Source: Deltaproteobacteria bacterium (GTDB lineage: Bacteria; UBA10199; SPLOWO2-01-44-7). From it: a stretch of DNA of 64,000 nucleotides. A program made the position numbers and the translations under genes. Within the stretch, counting starts at the first letter, position 1. Each line of letters begins with the position of its first letter. Below, in pieces: positions 47,811 through 57,597 of the stretch. Below the pieces are notes generated by a model. The model did no database searches, was not told the DNA's origin, and saw only the letters and a list, made by a program, of their open reading frames with translations. Where the stretch lies: the NCBI GenBank assembly GCA_030648035.1, contig JAUSII010000122.1, positions 24,537-88,536 of the forward strand, written 5' to 3'.

Positions 47811-48233
47811 ATGCGCCAACTTTTATCAAATATGAGTCTGGGAATCCTGGCCGTCGCTGTGGCGGCCGGGATTCTTTTGATTTCTGTTTTCTTTCTGATG
47901 TATGGGGCCGCAACTGGCCTGGGAACAGTCTTTGTGGACAAGCCCTGGTTGGGTTGGGTCATCACAGGCGGGGTCTTTCTTTCAGGCCCGATTCTGTTTT
48001 TCACAATTCATTTTTCAAAACCAAAAAAGAAGCCGGCAGATTTTTCAAAAACAAGCGAGGCCCTTCTGCAACAAATTCTGGATGCCACAAGAAAGCATCC
48101 TTTGCAATCCACCGGTGCCGCGGCGGCCGCAGGCTTCATGGTTGGTGGAAAAGAGCCCTCCGAGATCACGCATGCCTTGAAAGAAGCCCTGATCCCGATT
48201 CTGGTGGAATACATCCAATCCAGACAAAAATAA
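47811..48233 (+). CDS. YqjE-like small inner-membrane protein (2 TM)
   Basis: Starts 1 nt after the ElaB-like stop; two hydrophobic helices. Order mirrors E. coli yqjD-yqjE. Confidence 0.45.
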   Translation: MRQLLSNMSLGILAVAVAAGILLISVFFLMYGAATGLGTVFVDKPWLGWVITGGVFLSGPILFFTIHFSKPKKKPADFSKTSEALLQQILDATRKHPLQSTGAAAAAGFMVGGKEPSEITHALKEALIPILVEYIQSRQK

Positions 48234-48235
48234 GG

Positions 48236-48285
48236 CTAAGGAAATCCCCCAGTCAAAAACCGTGTCTCCCCCGATTGTTCATCCC
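48236..48285 (+). promoter_or_regulatory. regulon motif copy P5
   Basis: GGAAATCCCCCAGTCAAAAACCGTGTCTCCCCCGATTGTTCATCCC, near-identical to P1. Confidence 0.7.
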
Positions 48286-48350
48286 TGCCTTCTTCTGTAG
48301 CCTCCGCGTCAGTCAGAAGTAAACAAACCAGGATTCACAAGGAGGAAAGT

Positions 48351-49913
48351 ATGATGAGAAATTATAAGATGTTGTTCACGGCTTTATTTCTGGCCGCTTT
48401 CATAGCTGGATGCGGAGGTGGTAACGGGGAAGAGGTGGCAGAAACACCCGCCGCCACTACTACTACCACCACGACCACCAGCACGACGACAGACGCCACC
48501 GATACAACGGCGGGCATCACCGGCACGGCGACAGGCACCACCAGTGCAGCGGTCGACACCACTGCACCCACGGTGAGTTCCACAGACCCCGTCAATGCGG
48601 CCACAGATGTGGCGATTGACAAAAAAATCTCTGCAACCTTCGACGAAGAGATGGATTCCCTGACAGTCACAACCACAAATTTTCTGGTCACAGGACCCGG
48701 AACAACTTCCGTCTCCGGAACTCTCGCTTTGGTGGGCAACATCGCAACCTTTACTCCTGGAAGCAATCTCGCGGCCAACACCTTATTTACGGTAACGGTC
48801 ACCACCGGTGCCAAGGATATTGCAGGCAATGCATTGGCCAGTGATAACGTATCGACCTTTACCACCGGTGCAACGGCAGACTTGACCGCCCCCACCGTGA
48901 GTTCCACCAATCCTGCCAACGCTGATGGGAGCGTGGCCATTAACAAAAAAGTCACCGCCACCTTTAGTGAGTCGATGGATTCTGCAACAATCATCACGGC
49001 AAACTATACAGTGACGGGACCTGGAGCAACCCCCGTCGCAGGAACTCTGGCGTTGGTTGGCAACGTTGCAACATTTACCTCTGACAGCAATTTCGCACCC
49101 AGCACACTGTTTACAGCAACGATCACCACCGGGGCCAAAGACGCCGCTGGCAATGCGTTGGCCTCCGATAAAGTGTGGACCTTTACAACAGGAACAGAGG
49201 CGGCTCAAAGCGTCGCTCAAGCAACAGTGCCCCTTGGATCATCCTCAAATTTTGCAATTCTGGCTTCTGCCGCAATCACCAACGTCGCGACTTCCGTGAT
49301 TAATGGAGATGTCGGTTTGACTCCGGATGCCGGATCCAACATCAGCGGGTTCAGCGCTCCAGACACATGCCCGGAAGTGACAGGCAAGATATACGCCGTG
49401 GATGCAACAGGTCCTGCGTGCATTATACCTGCGCAACAAAATCCGACGCTTCTTTCGGATGCCAAAACCGATGCTGGAATTGCATTCACCAATGCCAGAA
49501 ACGCTGTTCGCGGAACGCCTGCATCCATCTCGGGCAATCTGAATGGGCTGACACTGTATCCCGGCTTATATGAATCCGGAACTTCGCTTGAAATATCTGC
49601 AGGTGGCTTTCTTTATCTGGATGCTCAAGGCGATGCGAATGCCGTCTTCGTTATTCGGAGTGAAACCTCTATCACCACGCTGTCCACCAGTGAAGTTGTT
49701 TTGACCAAGGGCGCAAAAGCGGCCAACGTCTACTGGATAGCGGGGAGTTCGGTAACTCTTGGAGCGAACTCGATCATGAAGGGAACCTTTGTAGCAGGAA
49801 CATCCATTGCGCTACAGACCGGTGCAAACCTGGAAGGAAGAGCATTGAATCAGGGTGCGTCGGCTGAAGCGGTTACACTGGATTCCAGCACCATCACCGT
49901 GCCTTCTCTGTAA
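48351..49913 (+). CDS. secreted paralog: Thr-rich linker + 2-3 Ig-like repeats + DUF3494 ice-binding-like domain
   Basis: Lipobox FIAGCGG and poly-Thr linker. Its Ig repeats and C-terminal DUF3494 region are closely similar to 33106-34923 and almost co-linear over the last 250 aa. Confidence 0.85.
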   Translation: MMRNYKMLFTALFLAAFIAGCGGGNGEEVAETPAATTTTTTTTSTTTDATDTTAGITGTATGTTSAAVDTTAPTVSSTDPVNAATDVAIDKKISATFDEEMDSLTVTTTNFLVTGPGTTSVSGTLALVGNIATFTPGSNLAANTLFTVTVTTGAKDIAGNALASDNVSTFTTGATADLTAPTVSSTNPANADGSVAINKKVTATFSESMDSATIITANYTVTGPGATPVAGTLALVGNVATFTSDSNFAPSTLFTATITTGAKDAAGNALASDKVWTFTTGTEAAQSVAQATVPLGSSSNFAILASAAITNVATSVINGDVGLTPDAGSNISGFSAPDTCPEVTGKIYAVDATGPACIIPAQQNPTLLSDAKTDAGIAFTNARNAVRGTPASISGNLNGLTLYPGLYESGTSLEISAGGFLYLDAQGDANAVFVIRSETSITTLSTSEVVLTKGAKAANVYWIAGSSVTLGANSIMKGTFVAGTSIALQTGANLEGRALNQGASAEAVTLDSSTITVPSL

Positions 49914-49938
49914 GGTGCCTTGATGAAGGAAAGTTTGA

Positions 49939-49976
49939 AAGCCCCCTGTGCCGAAAGGTGCAGGGGGTTTTTATTT
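49939..49976 (+). terminator. rho-independent terminator (same hairpin as at 34953)
   Basis: GCCCCCTGTGCC-GAAA-GGTGCAGGGGG followed by TTTTTATTT. Confidence 0.85.
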
Positions 49977-49977
49977 C

Positions 49978-50030
49978 TGTAGGGTAATCCCCCAGTCAAA
50001 AATCAGGCCTCCCCCGATTGTCCTTATTTC
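49978..50030 (+). promoter_or_regulatory. regulon motif copy P6
   Basis: TAGGGTAATCCCCCAGTCAAAAATCAGGCCTCCCCCGATTGTCCTTATTTCACCCCT. Confidence 0.7.
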
Positions 50031-50101
50031 ACCCCTCGAATAGCTTCTCTGCATCAGTAAAACTAAGGAGATGCTGTTTATCTTCACGGGGGGCTTAATT
50101 C

Positions 50102-51154
50102 ATGTCTGACACATCAAGATCTTTGGCGATAGCAGGTGTAGCTTGCGGAGCAGGTGCCGCGATAGGGGCGGGAGCTGGGAGTATTGTCCCGTTAGCGGGA
50201 ACCGCTTCGGGGGCCGCTTTGGGCTGTGCCATAGCTGTTGCGGCCGTTATTTCCAGTGGATGCGAAGGGCGCCCGTGGACGGGCAGTGAATCCGACACCG
50301 ATGTTAATCCCGAAGGTGTTAATCCCGAAAATAATATCTCCGGTACCGTGGACACATCCGATGTATACGCTGCAGGTGATAGAGTTATTCATGCAGGTGC
50401 AGGGAGAGATGGTTATGTTGTTAGTGGCGGTGGTGTTGTCTACGTAGGTGCAGAGGGAGATTTTTATGATGCGGGCAATAGCGTTGCGGATGCCTCTATG
50501 CCGGGATTCGACGCGGGTGATGGTGTTATCGATGCGGGTGATGGCGTCGTCGCCGATGCGGGCGATGGTGTTATTGACGCTGGCGATGGTGACGTTGATG
50601 CAGGGGATCGTTTCGTCGATGCAGGTGTGCGGTATGATGGGGGTTCTGGTGCTGTTGATGCGGGCGTAGTTGATGCAGATGCCGGTACAGTGTTGACATG
50701 TAACGATCTGCAAATTTTGTTGGATGAATCTTCCTGCGTTACAGATCCACAAACGGCTTCCATTTTCAGCAGTGAACTGCCCCGCAGTATTAAAGTGATT
50801 GGATTTACATACGGGGATTCGGATGTTGTTGGCTGTCCCTCCCGCAGTGTCATGTTACACGCGGCTAATCAGTCTCTCTTTATTACTCTTATGGCAGATA
50901 GGGGTTCCATACCGAGACTTCAAACGGATCCCGACGCCACTTTAAGTCCTTTCGCCGAAGATTTTATAAATACAATTAATGGTGAACACACTCTTATTCC
51001 GGCGGACGGTTTTGTCGAGGGGGCCATCGGCGTATGGTGCGATCCAAATCCCGACAACCAATCCTTTATTTTTGACTCGGCGATAGACAGTTTAAATTTG
51101 ATTTACAACGTACCGGGATACTCCTGCAACTATCAGGTGAGTAGCCCGTGGTAG
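50102..51154 (+). CDS. hypothetical protein: Gly/Ala-rich N-terminal hydrophobic region, (DAGDGV)n repeats, Cys-containing C-domain
   Basis: AGVACGAGAAIGAGAGS...; DAGDGVIDAGDGVVADAGDGVIDAGDGDVDAGDR repeats. Confidence 0.5.
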   Translation: MSDTSRSLAIAGVACGAGAAIGAGAGSIVPLAGTASGAALGCAIAVAAVISSGCEGRPWTGSESDTDVNPEGVNPENNISGTVDTSDVYAAGDRVIHAGAGRDGYVVSGGGVVYVGAEGDFYDAGNSVADASMPGFDAGDGVIDAGDGVVADAGDGVIDAGDGDVDAGDRFVDAGVRYDGGSGAVDAGVVDADAGTVLTCNDLQILLDESSCVTDPQTASIFSSELPRSIKVIGFTYGDSDVVGCPSRSVMLHAANQSLFITLMADRGSIPRLQTDPDATLSPFAEDFINTINGEHTLIPADGFVEGAIGVWCDPNPDNQSFIFDSAIDSLNLIYNVPGYSCNYQVSSPW

Positions 51155-51177
51155 TTAAATCCGTGAGAGGAAAAATT

Positions 51178-53352
51178 ATGAATAAAAAAATAGTCAGCAC
51201 CGTGTTGTCCCTCTTCGTAACAGTCCTCACAAGTTTTTTTTCGGGGACAGCCGGGGCACAGACCTGTACCGCGGTGAACGGAGTCTGTACCGTGACACAG
51301 GCGAGCGGCACCGGAAACGAAAGCCTCGAGGCCTGCATCAACACGGCGACCTGTTCAAAGATCATCTTCGGTGTTCCGGAAGTGACCATTGACAAGACGA
51401 TCCCTTTTGGTCGCAGTAATATATTGATCGATGGTGAGGGCATCACGACACTGAACGGCAATCTGCCGATGTTCTTCGAAATCACAAAGTCCAATATTGT
51501 TATTCAGCGCCTTGCCGTCGAAAATGCTGGGGGCATCGCGTTCAGATTGGTCGGCAGTTCCAACACCGTTTCCAATTGTTCCTTTGCGGGCGGCGACTAC
51601 GGTATCGGTGTCTATTCGGGAATAAAAAATCTGCTTTCGATGAATACGTTTTCTGGCGTAGGCAGTGCCGCCATCGCTCTTTTTAATGGAGGGAATGCAA
51701 ACCTCGCTTCTCCAGTGTTGTCTGATGCCTCTCTTGTGAGTGCAGACAAATGGGAGCTTAAAGGGAGAGTCTCTTCGAGAGTGGTGCGGGTGGAGTTGTA
51801 TGAAGCCGATGCGGGGAACGTGCCTCAAGGGATGTCCTATCTGTTTACAATAAGCAATGATCCGGCGAGTGGCATCCGGTCCGACGGCACCTTCGTGGTT
51901 CCGATGGACATCTCGCGATATCATCCGGCCAAGCGCTATGTTGCGTTATCTTTTGACGCGGACAACAATACCTCCGCCTTCTCGAATGTTTTTATCCCGA
52001 CCTCCGACAGCATCGATTTTTTCGGTCCCGATTTTTCCGCCTGCAGTCGCGCTCTGTGGTTTATGAATACGCTTGCGAGCGTGTGGGGTGGCGATTTTGA
52101 CGGTGACAACCTGTCCAATGGTTTTGAAGACAGAAATAAAAATTGTGTGCCTGATTCCGGTGAGACCGATCCCTCTCTTGTGGATACCGATGGCGACGGG
52201 GTTCCGGATGGCGAGGACAATTGCAGTAGTGTTCCCAATCCTCTTCAGGAAGATTTAAATAACAACGGGCGCGGAGATGTATGCGATGGCGATATGGACG
52301 GCGATCGCATACCCGATGCTCAAGACAATTGCCTCACCATTCCCAACGTCGATCAGATGGATACCGATGCGGATGGTCTGGGTGACGCCTGTGATGCCGA
52401 TATCGATGGCGATGGATATAATAATTCGCGCGACAACTGTATTTATATCTCCAATGCGGATCAGAAAGATTTGGATGGTAATGGCGTTGGCGATGTCTGC
52501 GAGAAAGATGATGACCGGGATGGTGTAACAAATTCGAATGACAACTGTCCTTTTGTGCCGAATCCGCTTCAGTCGGACAATGACGGCGATGGTGTCGGGG
52601 ATGTGTGCGATTTTGATATTGATGGAGAAGTAATTTTGAACCCTTCTGACAACTGTCCGCTGGCTCCAAACGCGACTCAAACCGATTCCAATGGCAACAC
52701 GGTTGGTGATGTTTGTGAATTGGATCTCGATGGCGATGGTATCTCTGATTTGAGAGATAATTGCGTGGCCATTCCAAATCCGAATCAAAACGATCTCGAT
52801 TTGGACGGTGTGGGTGATGTCTGTGACATCGATGTGGATGGAGACAAGGTCGACAACAGTGTCGATAATTGTCCCCTGCTCGCCAATGTCGATCAGCTTG
52901 ATACCGACCTCGATGGGAAAGGTGACGTCTGCGATTCGGACGTCGACAATGATGGCGTTCTGAACAATGCAGACAATTGCCCGATCATTGCCAATGCAAA
53001 CCAGAAGGATTCGGTTGGAGACGGTGTTGGAGATGTCTGCGACACAGGTGGCGATAGTGACGGAGATGGCATAGCCGATTTTCAGGACAATTGCCCGTTC
53101 GTTGCCAATGCAGATCAGGCCGATACCGATCATGACGGTGTCGGTGATGCCTGTTTTCAAACGGTCACACTAAAACTAAATGTCGATCAGAATATCGATC
53201 AGCCTCCCCCCACACCGGACCAATACAACATCGGCGGTGGGTCAGGTTGTAGTTTGATCCCCCAAAATACTTTTGATGCAAGTTCCATCGCGGCCCTGGC
53301 TCTGTTGCTGGCGAGCCTTCTTATATTGAGGAGAGAAAAATGCAAAAAATAA
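51178..53352 (+). CDS. secreted right-handed beta-helix-like protein with ~14 thrombospondin type-3 Ca-binding repeats and MYXO-CTERM-like tail
   Basis: Signal peptide ...GTAGA|QT. Repeated DxDxDGxxDxxDNCPxxxNxxQxD units. Ends GGGSGCSLIP...AALALLLASLLILRREKCKK. Confidence 0.8.
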   Translation: MNKKIVSTVLSLFVTVLTSFFSGTAGAQTCTAVNGVCTVTQASGTGNESLEACINTATCSKIIFGVPEVTIDKTIPFGRSNILIDGEGITTLNGNLPMFFEITKSNIVIQRLAVENAGGIAFRLVGSSNTVSNCSFAGGDYGIGVYSGIKNLLSMNTFSGVGSAAIALFNGGNANLASPVLSDASLVSADKWELKGRVSSRVVRVELYEADAGNVPQGMSYLFTISNDPASGIRSDGTFVVPMDISRYHPAKRYVALSFDADNNTSAFSNVFIPTSDSIDFFGPDFSACSRALWFMNTLASVWGGDFDGDNLSNGFEDRNKNCVPDSGETDPSLVDTDGDGVPDGEDNCSSVPNPLQEDLNNNGRGDVCDGDMDGDRIPDAQDNCLTIPNVDQMDTDADGLGDACDADIDGDGYNNSRDNCIYISNADQKDLDGNGVGDVCEKDDDRDGVTNSNDNCPFVPNPLQSDNDGDGVGDVCDFDIDGEVILNPSDNCPLAPNATQTDSNGNTVGDVCELDLDGDGISDLRDNCVAIPNPNQNDLDLDGVGDVCDIDVDGDKVDNSVDNCPLLANVDQLDTDLDGKGDVCDSDVDNDGVLNNADNCPIIANANQKDSVGDGVGDVCDTGGDSDGDGIADFQDNCPFVANADQADTDHDGVGDACFQTVTLKLNVDQNIDQPPPTPDQYNIGGGSGCSLIPQNTFDASSIAALALLLASLLILRREKCKK

Positions 53353-54650
53353 AACGCGTCGCAGTCTTATTCATAACCGTCTTTGTCTGTGTCGCCTCCT
53401 CCGAGGTGCGGGCGTTGAACATACAGTCGTCTCATCCAAACCCGGGGCAGACCGGAACCTTCAATGTCTTCGGCTCCAGAACCGAGCCCGCCCGGGGTTT
53501 TGGTTTTAGCGCGACAACACAATATGAAAAAGATCCCCTTGAGTTTCGCAATTTCACCACAGGCGCACAGGTGCGATACATTATGGACTGGATGGAAACC
53601 ACCGACGTATTGGCCGAGTATGGTTTTACAAATTGGGCGACGGTGGGGGTCGATATTCCGTTCAGTTTTGTTCGCTATGCCCTTCCCACAAACATGAATA
53701 TCCGTGAGAGTCATACCTCTCTTGGCGACATCACGGCCTACGGAAAATTCGCCATTTTACATCCGGACAAATACCCCATCGGGTTTTCGATCATGCCCTT
53801 TGTTGCTGCGCCCACGGGTTCTACCACCCATTTTACCGGAGATCATGGCACAGGCTGGGGTGCGAAACTTCTTGCCGACAAGGAATTTGACGGCGGATAT
53901 TTCGGCGTCAATCTGGGTTACAAGGCCCGCACAAGAAGCGATACCGTTCAGGCTGTGGGGAGCACACAAAGTCTCACGGTAGACGACGAGTTTGTATACG
54001 GAGTGGGCGGTGGGATGGATATTGTAAAAAAGAAATTGAGAGTTTTTACGGAATTGATCGGGTCTACTGCGGCGGCAGATTTTGCAAAGCATTCACAGAC
54101 GAGCCCGATGGAAGTGAACGGAGGGTTTGAGATCGGTGCCATGAAGAACGCCATGAAGGTCACCCTGGGCGCCGGCAGTGGGTTGAATGGCGGCTACAGC
54201 GCACCGAGATTTAGAGTTTTTGGAGGCCTGACATATCACTGGCAAATAAAACCGGCCGCAAAAAGGATCGAACTGGCAAAAGCCGAACCGGCACAAGAAG
54301 AAGTGATTGATACGATCATTCTGGATGGAATCCATTTTTCCTACGACAAATATACAATCCTTCCGGATTCCAAACACATCCTGGATGAAAACTTTTTGAA
54401 GCTTCAAAAATATCCAAAAGAACACTTTCGTGTGATTGGCCACACCGATAGTCGTGGGAGCCATCAATACAATCAAGTGCTCTCGGAAAATCGGGCGAAG
54501 TCGGTCGTGGATTACTTTATTAAAAAAGGAATCGCGCCGAATCGTCTGCAGTGGGAAGGACGCGGCAAGAGAGAGCCCGTTGCGCCCAATAATTCAGAAA
54601 GTAATATGTGGCTCAACAGACGGGCCGTTGAAGTGCAAGTGTTGAGATAA
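53340..54650 (+). CDS. OmpA-domain outer-membrane protein (N-terminal barrel-like domain + C-terminal OmpA_C)
   Basis: Signal peptide; C-terminus ...VIGHTDSRGSHQYNQVLSENRAKSVVDYF...NRRAVEVQV. Confidence 0.8.
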   Translation: MQKIKRVAVLFITVFVCVASSEVRALNIQSSHPNPGQTGTFNVFGSRTEPARGFGFSATTQYEKDPLEFRNFTTGAQVRYIMDWMETTDVLAEYGFTNWATVGVDIPFSFVRYALPTNMNIRESHTSLGDITAYGKFAILHPDKYPIGFSIMPFVAAPTGSTTHFTGDHGTGWGAKLLADKEFDGGYFGVNLGYKARTRSDTVQAVGSTQSLTVDDEFVYGVGGGMDIVKKKLRVFTELIGSTAAADFAKHSQTSPMEVNGGFEIGAMKNAMKVTLGAGSGLNGGYSAPRFRVFGGLTYHWQIKPAAKRIELAKAEPAQEEVIDTIILDGIHFSYDKYTILPDSKHILDENFLKLQKYPKEHFRVIGHTDSRGSHQYNQVLSENRAKSVVDYFIKKGIAPNRLQWEGRGKREPVAPNNSESNMWLNRRAVEVQVLR

Positions 54651-54674
54651 AAAAAAAGAAAAGGAAAAAAATAT

Positions 54675-55778
54675 ATGAGCACAGAAATATTTGGACTTGA
54701 TACTCCGTCATTAGCAGGTTCTCTCGAGTTGCTTGGTATTGATTCCGAGAAGTGGCGTGTCAGGAAATCAGGCGTGAAAGATTCCCCGGCGATGCTGGAA
54801 AGGGACGTTTACTTTAGCGGCGGGAAACCTTTTTCTTGGTCGTGTTCCGACCCGGGTGAGCCTGCCGAAGTGGCGGCGTTGCGCGATAATTATATCCATC
54901 TTTGGAGTCGGGATGCGGTTTACTATCTGGCGGCATTTAATCCGTTGCTTGGCGAACTCAATGATGTCGAAAAGTCTGACAAGTTTTTCACTGAAGCTCA
55001 AAAATATCGTGGCCGCGTTGCCGATTTTTTTAAAGGCCGTTACCAAAAAATGCACAGTTCGGCATCCTATGACAAAAAATATGCCACTCCACTGGAAGAT
55101 GGCGTTGGGGTTCTGCTGGAGGGCTTTGCACTCGGTGGGGAGGCATCAAAAGAAAGTGATGTGACCCGCTCGATCGAAATTTTTGTGAAGAGGCGTCCCG
55201 GACAGAGATCCTTCGCGCGACTCCTCGAAGCCAATAAAAACTACTGGAAGGCAACACGGGCTAATCCCGATAAAGCTCCAACAATTCTTGCGAAGGCCTT
55301 TGAGAATCTGGGTATCAGTGCAGAGGATGCAAACACTTGCGTGGGGTTGAACATGCTGGAGGCGATTGCCGCAAGATCAGATCAGATATGTGCGTCCGGT
55401 GAATATAATACCTCTTTTGATATTGCCATGATCCATATGTTCAAAGAATTGGATGATCGTCAGGATGTGCTTTTGAAATGGTTGGTGCCGCATATGTTTG
55501 CATTGCAGAAGGAAACGTATCAGCCAACCGCCGCACCAGAGGTTGTTGCCTTCGTTCCCAAAGAATCCAAACCACCCAAAGCACGCAGAGTTATCAAAGT
55601 TATCAAACAAGAGTTTGAAGCAAAGCCGGCAGAGGAGCCGCCGGTTATTTCATCACCTGTGTATGAGGCGCCACCTCCACCTCCGCCTCCACCGTCACCT
55701 CCACTCGCGTTTCAAAAACCGGAACAAAAATGGAAACGGCCGAAGGCTTATGGCGGTGAAGAAGTTGAAGTTAAATAA
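54675..55778 (+). CDS. hypothetical protein with Pro-rich C-terminus (PPPPPPPPSPP)
   Basis: ORF with RBS; no conserved motif. Confidence 0.5.
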   Translation: MSTEIFGLDTPSLAGSLELLGIDSEKWRVRKSGVKDSPAMLERDVYFSGGKPFSWSCSDPGEPAEVAALRDNYIHLWSRDAVYYLAAFNPLLGELNDVEKSDKFFTEAQKYRGRVADFFKGRYQKMHSSASYDKKYATPLEDGVGVLLEGFALGGEASKESDVTRSIEIFVKRRPGQRSFARLLEANKNYWKATRANPDKAPTILAKAFENLGISAEDANTCVGLNMLEAIAARSDQICASGEYNTSFDIAMIHMFKELDDRQDVLLKWLVPHMFALQKETYQPTAAPEVVAFVPKESKPPKARRVIKVIKQEFEAKPAEEPPVISSPVYEAPPPPPPPPSPPLAFQKPEQKWKRPKAYGGEEVEVK

Positions 55779-55806
55779 CATAAACAAATAACACAAGGAG
55801 ACGAAT

Positions 55807-56724
55807 ATGATAAGCGGCGGAAACGAAGAGGGCATTAAACGAGCAGCGGTACAAGTCTGGTGCAGTGGATTTCTTGCGGATTACAACAGCGACAAAGATG
55901 AGACGGGTTGTCCGGCGTCTGTTGAGAGAGAACTCACATGGGCCTACACACAAATCAAAGACCCTCTGCAACGGGACAAACTCGATGCATTTCTCAAAAT
56001 CTGGATAGGACAGCCGATGGAAAATTGCGGAAGTGAATCGGGCGCGGAGGAGAGCGGCTACAATGACACGACAGCTCCTGCCGCCACCAAATGTATGGAT
56101 GAATACAGATTGGGCACGCGGAGGAGAATTCAACTCAAAAATTTAAGTTTGCCAGGGATGCCCACCAAAGTGAAAGCCTTTGGGGAGAATGGATATGTAC
56201 CGTGGGCGGTGAAGATGGTGCAGATGGGATATATTCCGAAAGAGCCATGTCCTCTTGTGGAGCTTGCCGATAATCGGGTGAAGCGCGCCATGGCCCGACT
56301 GGGAGCGGCCGCCAGCATGAAGTTCAATGGACCACACATCCCCGCAGTTATTTACGGGCTTCAGGTAGAGGCGCCACAACTTTTCTGGCAGTCTAGTGAT
56401 GCCGGATGGGCGGCGGGGGGTCGTTTGATGGCAGGAGGTATAAGTCGATTGCAGGATCACGCCGAAAATGACCAGACAACCGGGTTTGTCAAAGCCGGAG
56501 TGGGTCCTGAATATGCAATTTTCAGGGACGACAATGTGAGCATCAGCACAGCCCTTGCAAGCGTCATGACCTTCAATGGGAGTGAAGACCTGGGAGGCGG
56601 TGGAGAATTGGGTTTGCGAGTCGACACCAATAAGCGGGCGGGCGTAGGCTTGGACTTCATCCTCGAATATATACAGGGAGAGTTGCTTCCCATGGGTGGC
56701 GCCTATCTTTATTGGGGGTTTTAA
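55807..56724 (+). CDS. hypothetical protein ending ...GGAYLYWGF (possible outer-membrane-targeting C-terminus)
   Basis: ORF with GGAG RBS; terminal aromatic-F. The last 75 bp are duplicated at 58998-59072. Confidence 0.5.
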   Translation: MISGGNEEGIKRAAVQVWCSGFLADYNSDKDETGCPASVERELTWAYTQIKDPLQRDKLDAFLKIWIGQPMENCGSESGAEESGYNDTTAPAATKCMDEYRLGTRRRIQLKNLSLPGMPTKVKAFGENGYVPWAVKMVQMGYIPKEPCPLVELADNRVKRAMARLGAAASMKFNGPHIPAVIYGLQVEAPQLFWQSSDAGWAAGGRLMAGGISRLQDHAENDQTTGFVKAGVGPEYAIFRDDNVSISTALASVMTFNGSEDLGGGGELGLRVDTNKRAGVGLDFILEYIQGELLPMGGAYLYWGF

Positions 56725-56744
56725 CATAAGAAAAAGGGGGCATT

Positions 56745-56852
56745 ATGAATCTAAAATCAGAAGAAGGAAAAATAGGGTATGTTCTTGCATGGCTTATCGG
56801 TATTCCTATTCCGATATTGATTATCGTCTTCCTCTTGCGCGGATGTAGTTAA
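56745..56852 (+). CDS. possible 35-aa small hydrophobic membrane peptide (MNLKSEEGKIGYVLAWLIGIPIPILIIVFLLRGCS)
   Basis: GGGGG RBS 7 nt upstream and a single TM. Below the ORF-track length cut-off, so speculative. Confidence 0.3.
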   Translation: MNLKSEEGKIGYVLAWLIGIPIPILIIVFLLRGCS

Positions 56853-56865
56853 TTTTTTTTAGAGT

Positions 56866-56893
56866 CTTCAAAAGTGAAAAATCAAGACTTGAG
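56866..56893 (+). repeat. 35-bp element copy D (AAAAGTGAAAAATCAAGACTTGAGC), left boundary of the second cassette
   Basis: Same family as the copy at 15742; inverted partner at 58978-59006. Confidence 0.6.
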
Positions 56894-57084
56894 CAAATTA
56901 ATTATTTTATGGGGATGCGGGATAGTGGTTTTACCGGGTTCATCTGTATGGGCTTGCCCGTTATGTTATTCGGATACAGGCAAACAAGTGCGCGCGGGAA
57001 TCTTTAATGGCGATTTTTTATTTAACCTTGCCATGACGCTTTTTCCCTTTATCGTTTTCACGTTCATAGGCTTGGTGCTTTATT

Positions 57085-57579
57085 ATGATGAATCTAAAAA
57101 CAAAAAATAATTTTAAACCTTTAATCACGGCTGGTACGATCTTAGGCTTGGGGATGGGTGGTTTTGTCGATGGCATTCTTTTTCATCAGATTCTTCAGCT
57201 TCATAGCATGCTTTCCAATCGTCTTTTTCCAGATACGCTGATTAATGTTGAGATCAACATGTTTTGGGATGGGCTTTTTCATGCCTTTACTTGGATCATG
57301 ACATTGATCGGACTTGCTTTGCTCTGGAAAGCAGTCAGACGTGTTGACGTGCCTAAATCAACAAAAATTCTCGTCGGTTCCATGCTTTTTGGATGGGGCC
57401 TGTTCAATTTAGTCGAAGGCATTATTGATCATCAGCTTCTCCAAGTGCACCATGTGGTGCAACGGGCCGCTCAGCCCGCGCAACTGTATTGGGATTTATT
57501 ATTCTTGGCCGCAGGCATTGTGCTGATCGTACTAGGGCGTGTGTTAATTCAATCTGGCAGAAAAGCGGCGCCTCTGTAG
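57085..57579 (+). CDS. DUF2243-family integral membrane protein
   Basis: GGFVDGILFHQILQLH motif and 4 TM helices. Confidence 0.65.
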   Translation: MMNLKTKNNFKPLITAGTILGLGMGGFVDGILFHQILQLHSMLSNRLFPDTLINVEINMFWDGLFHAFTWIMTLIGLALLWKAVRRVDVPKSTKILVGSMLFGWGLFNLVEGIIDHQLLQVHHVVQRAAQPAQLYWDLLFLAAGIVLIVLGRVLIQSGRKAAPL

Positions 57580-57597
57580 CCTTCTAAAGGGGTCATC

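Noticed and set aside
52255-53160. 301-aa minus-strand ORF rich in Ile/Asp/Thr
   Set aside because: Antisense of the TSP3 repeats (GAT/GGT-rich DNA reads open on both strands).
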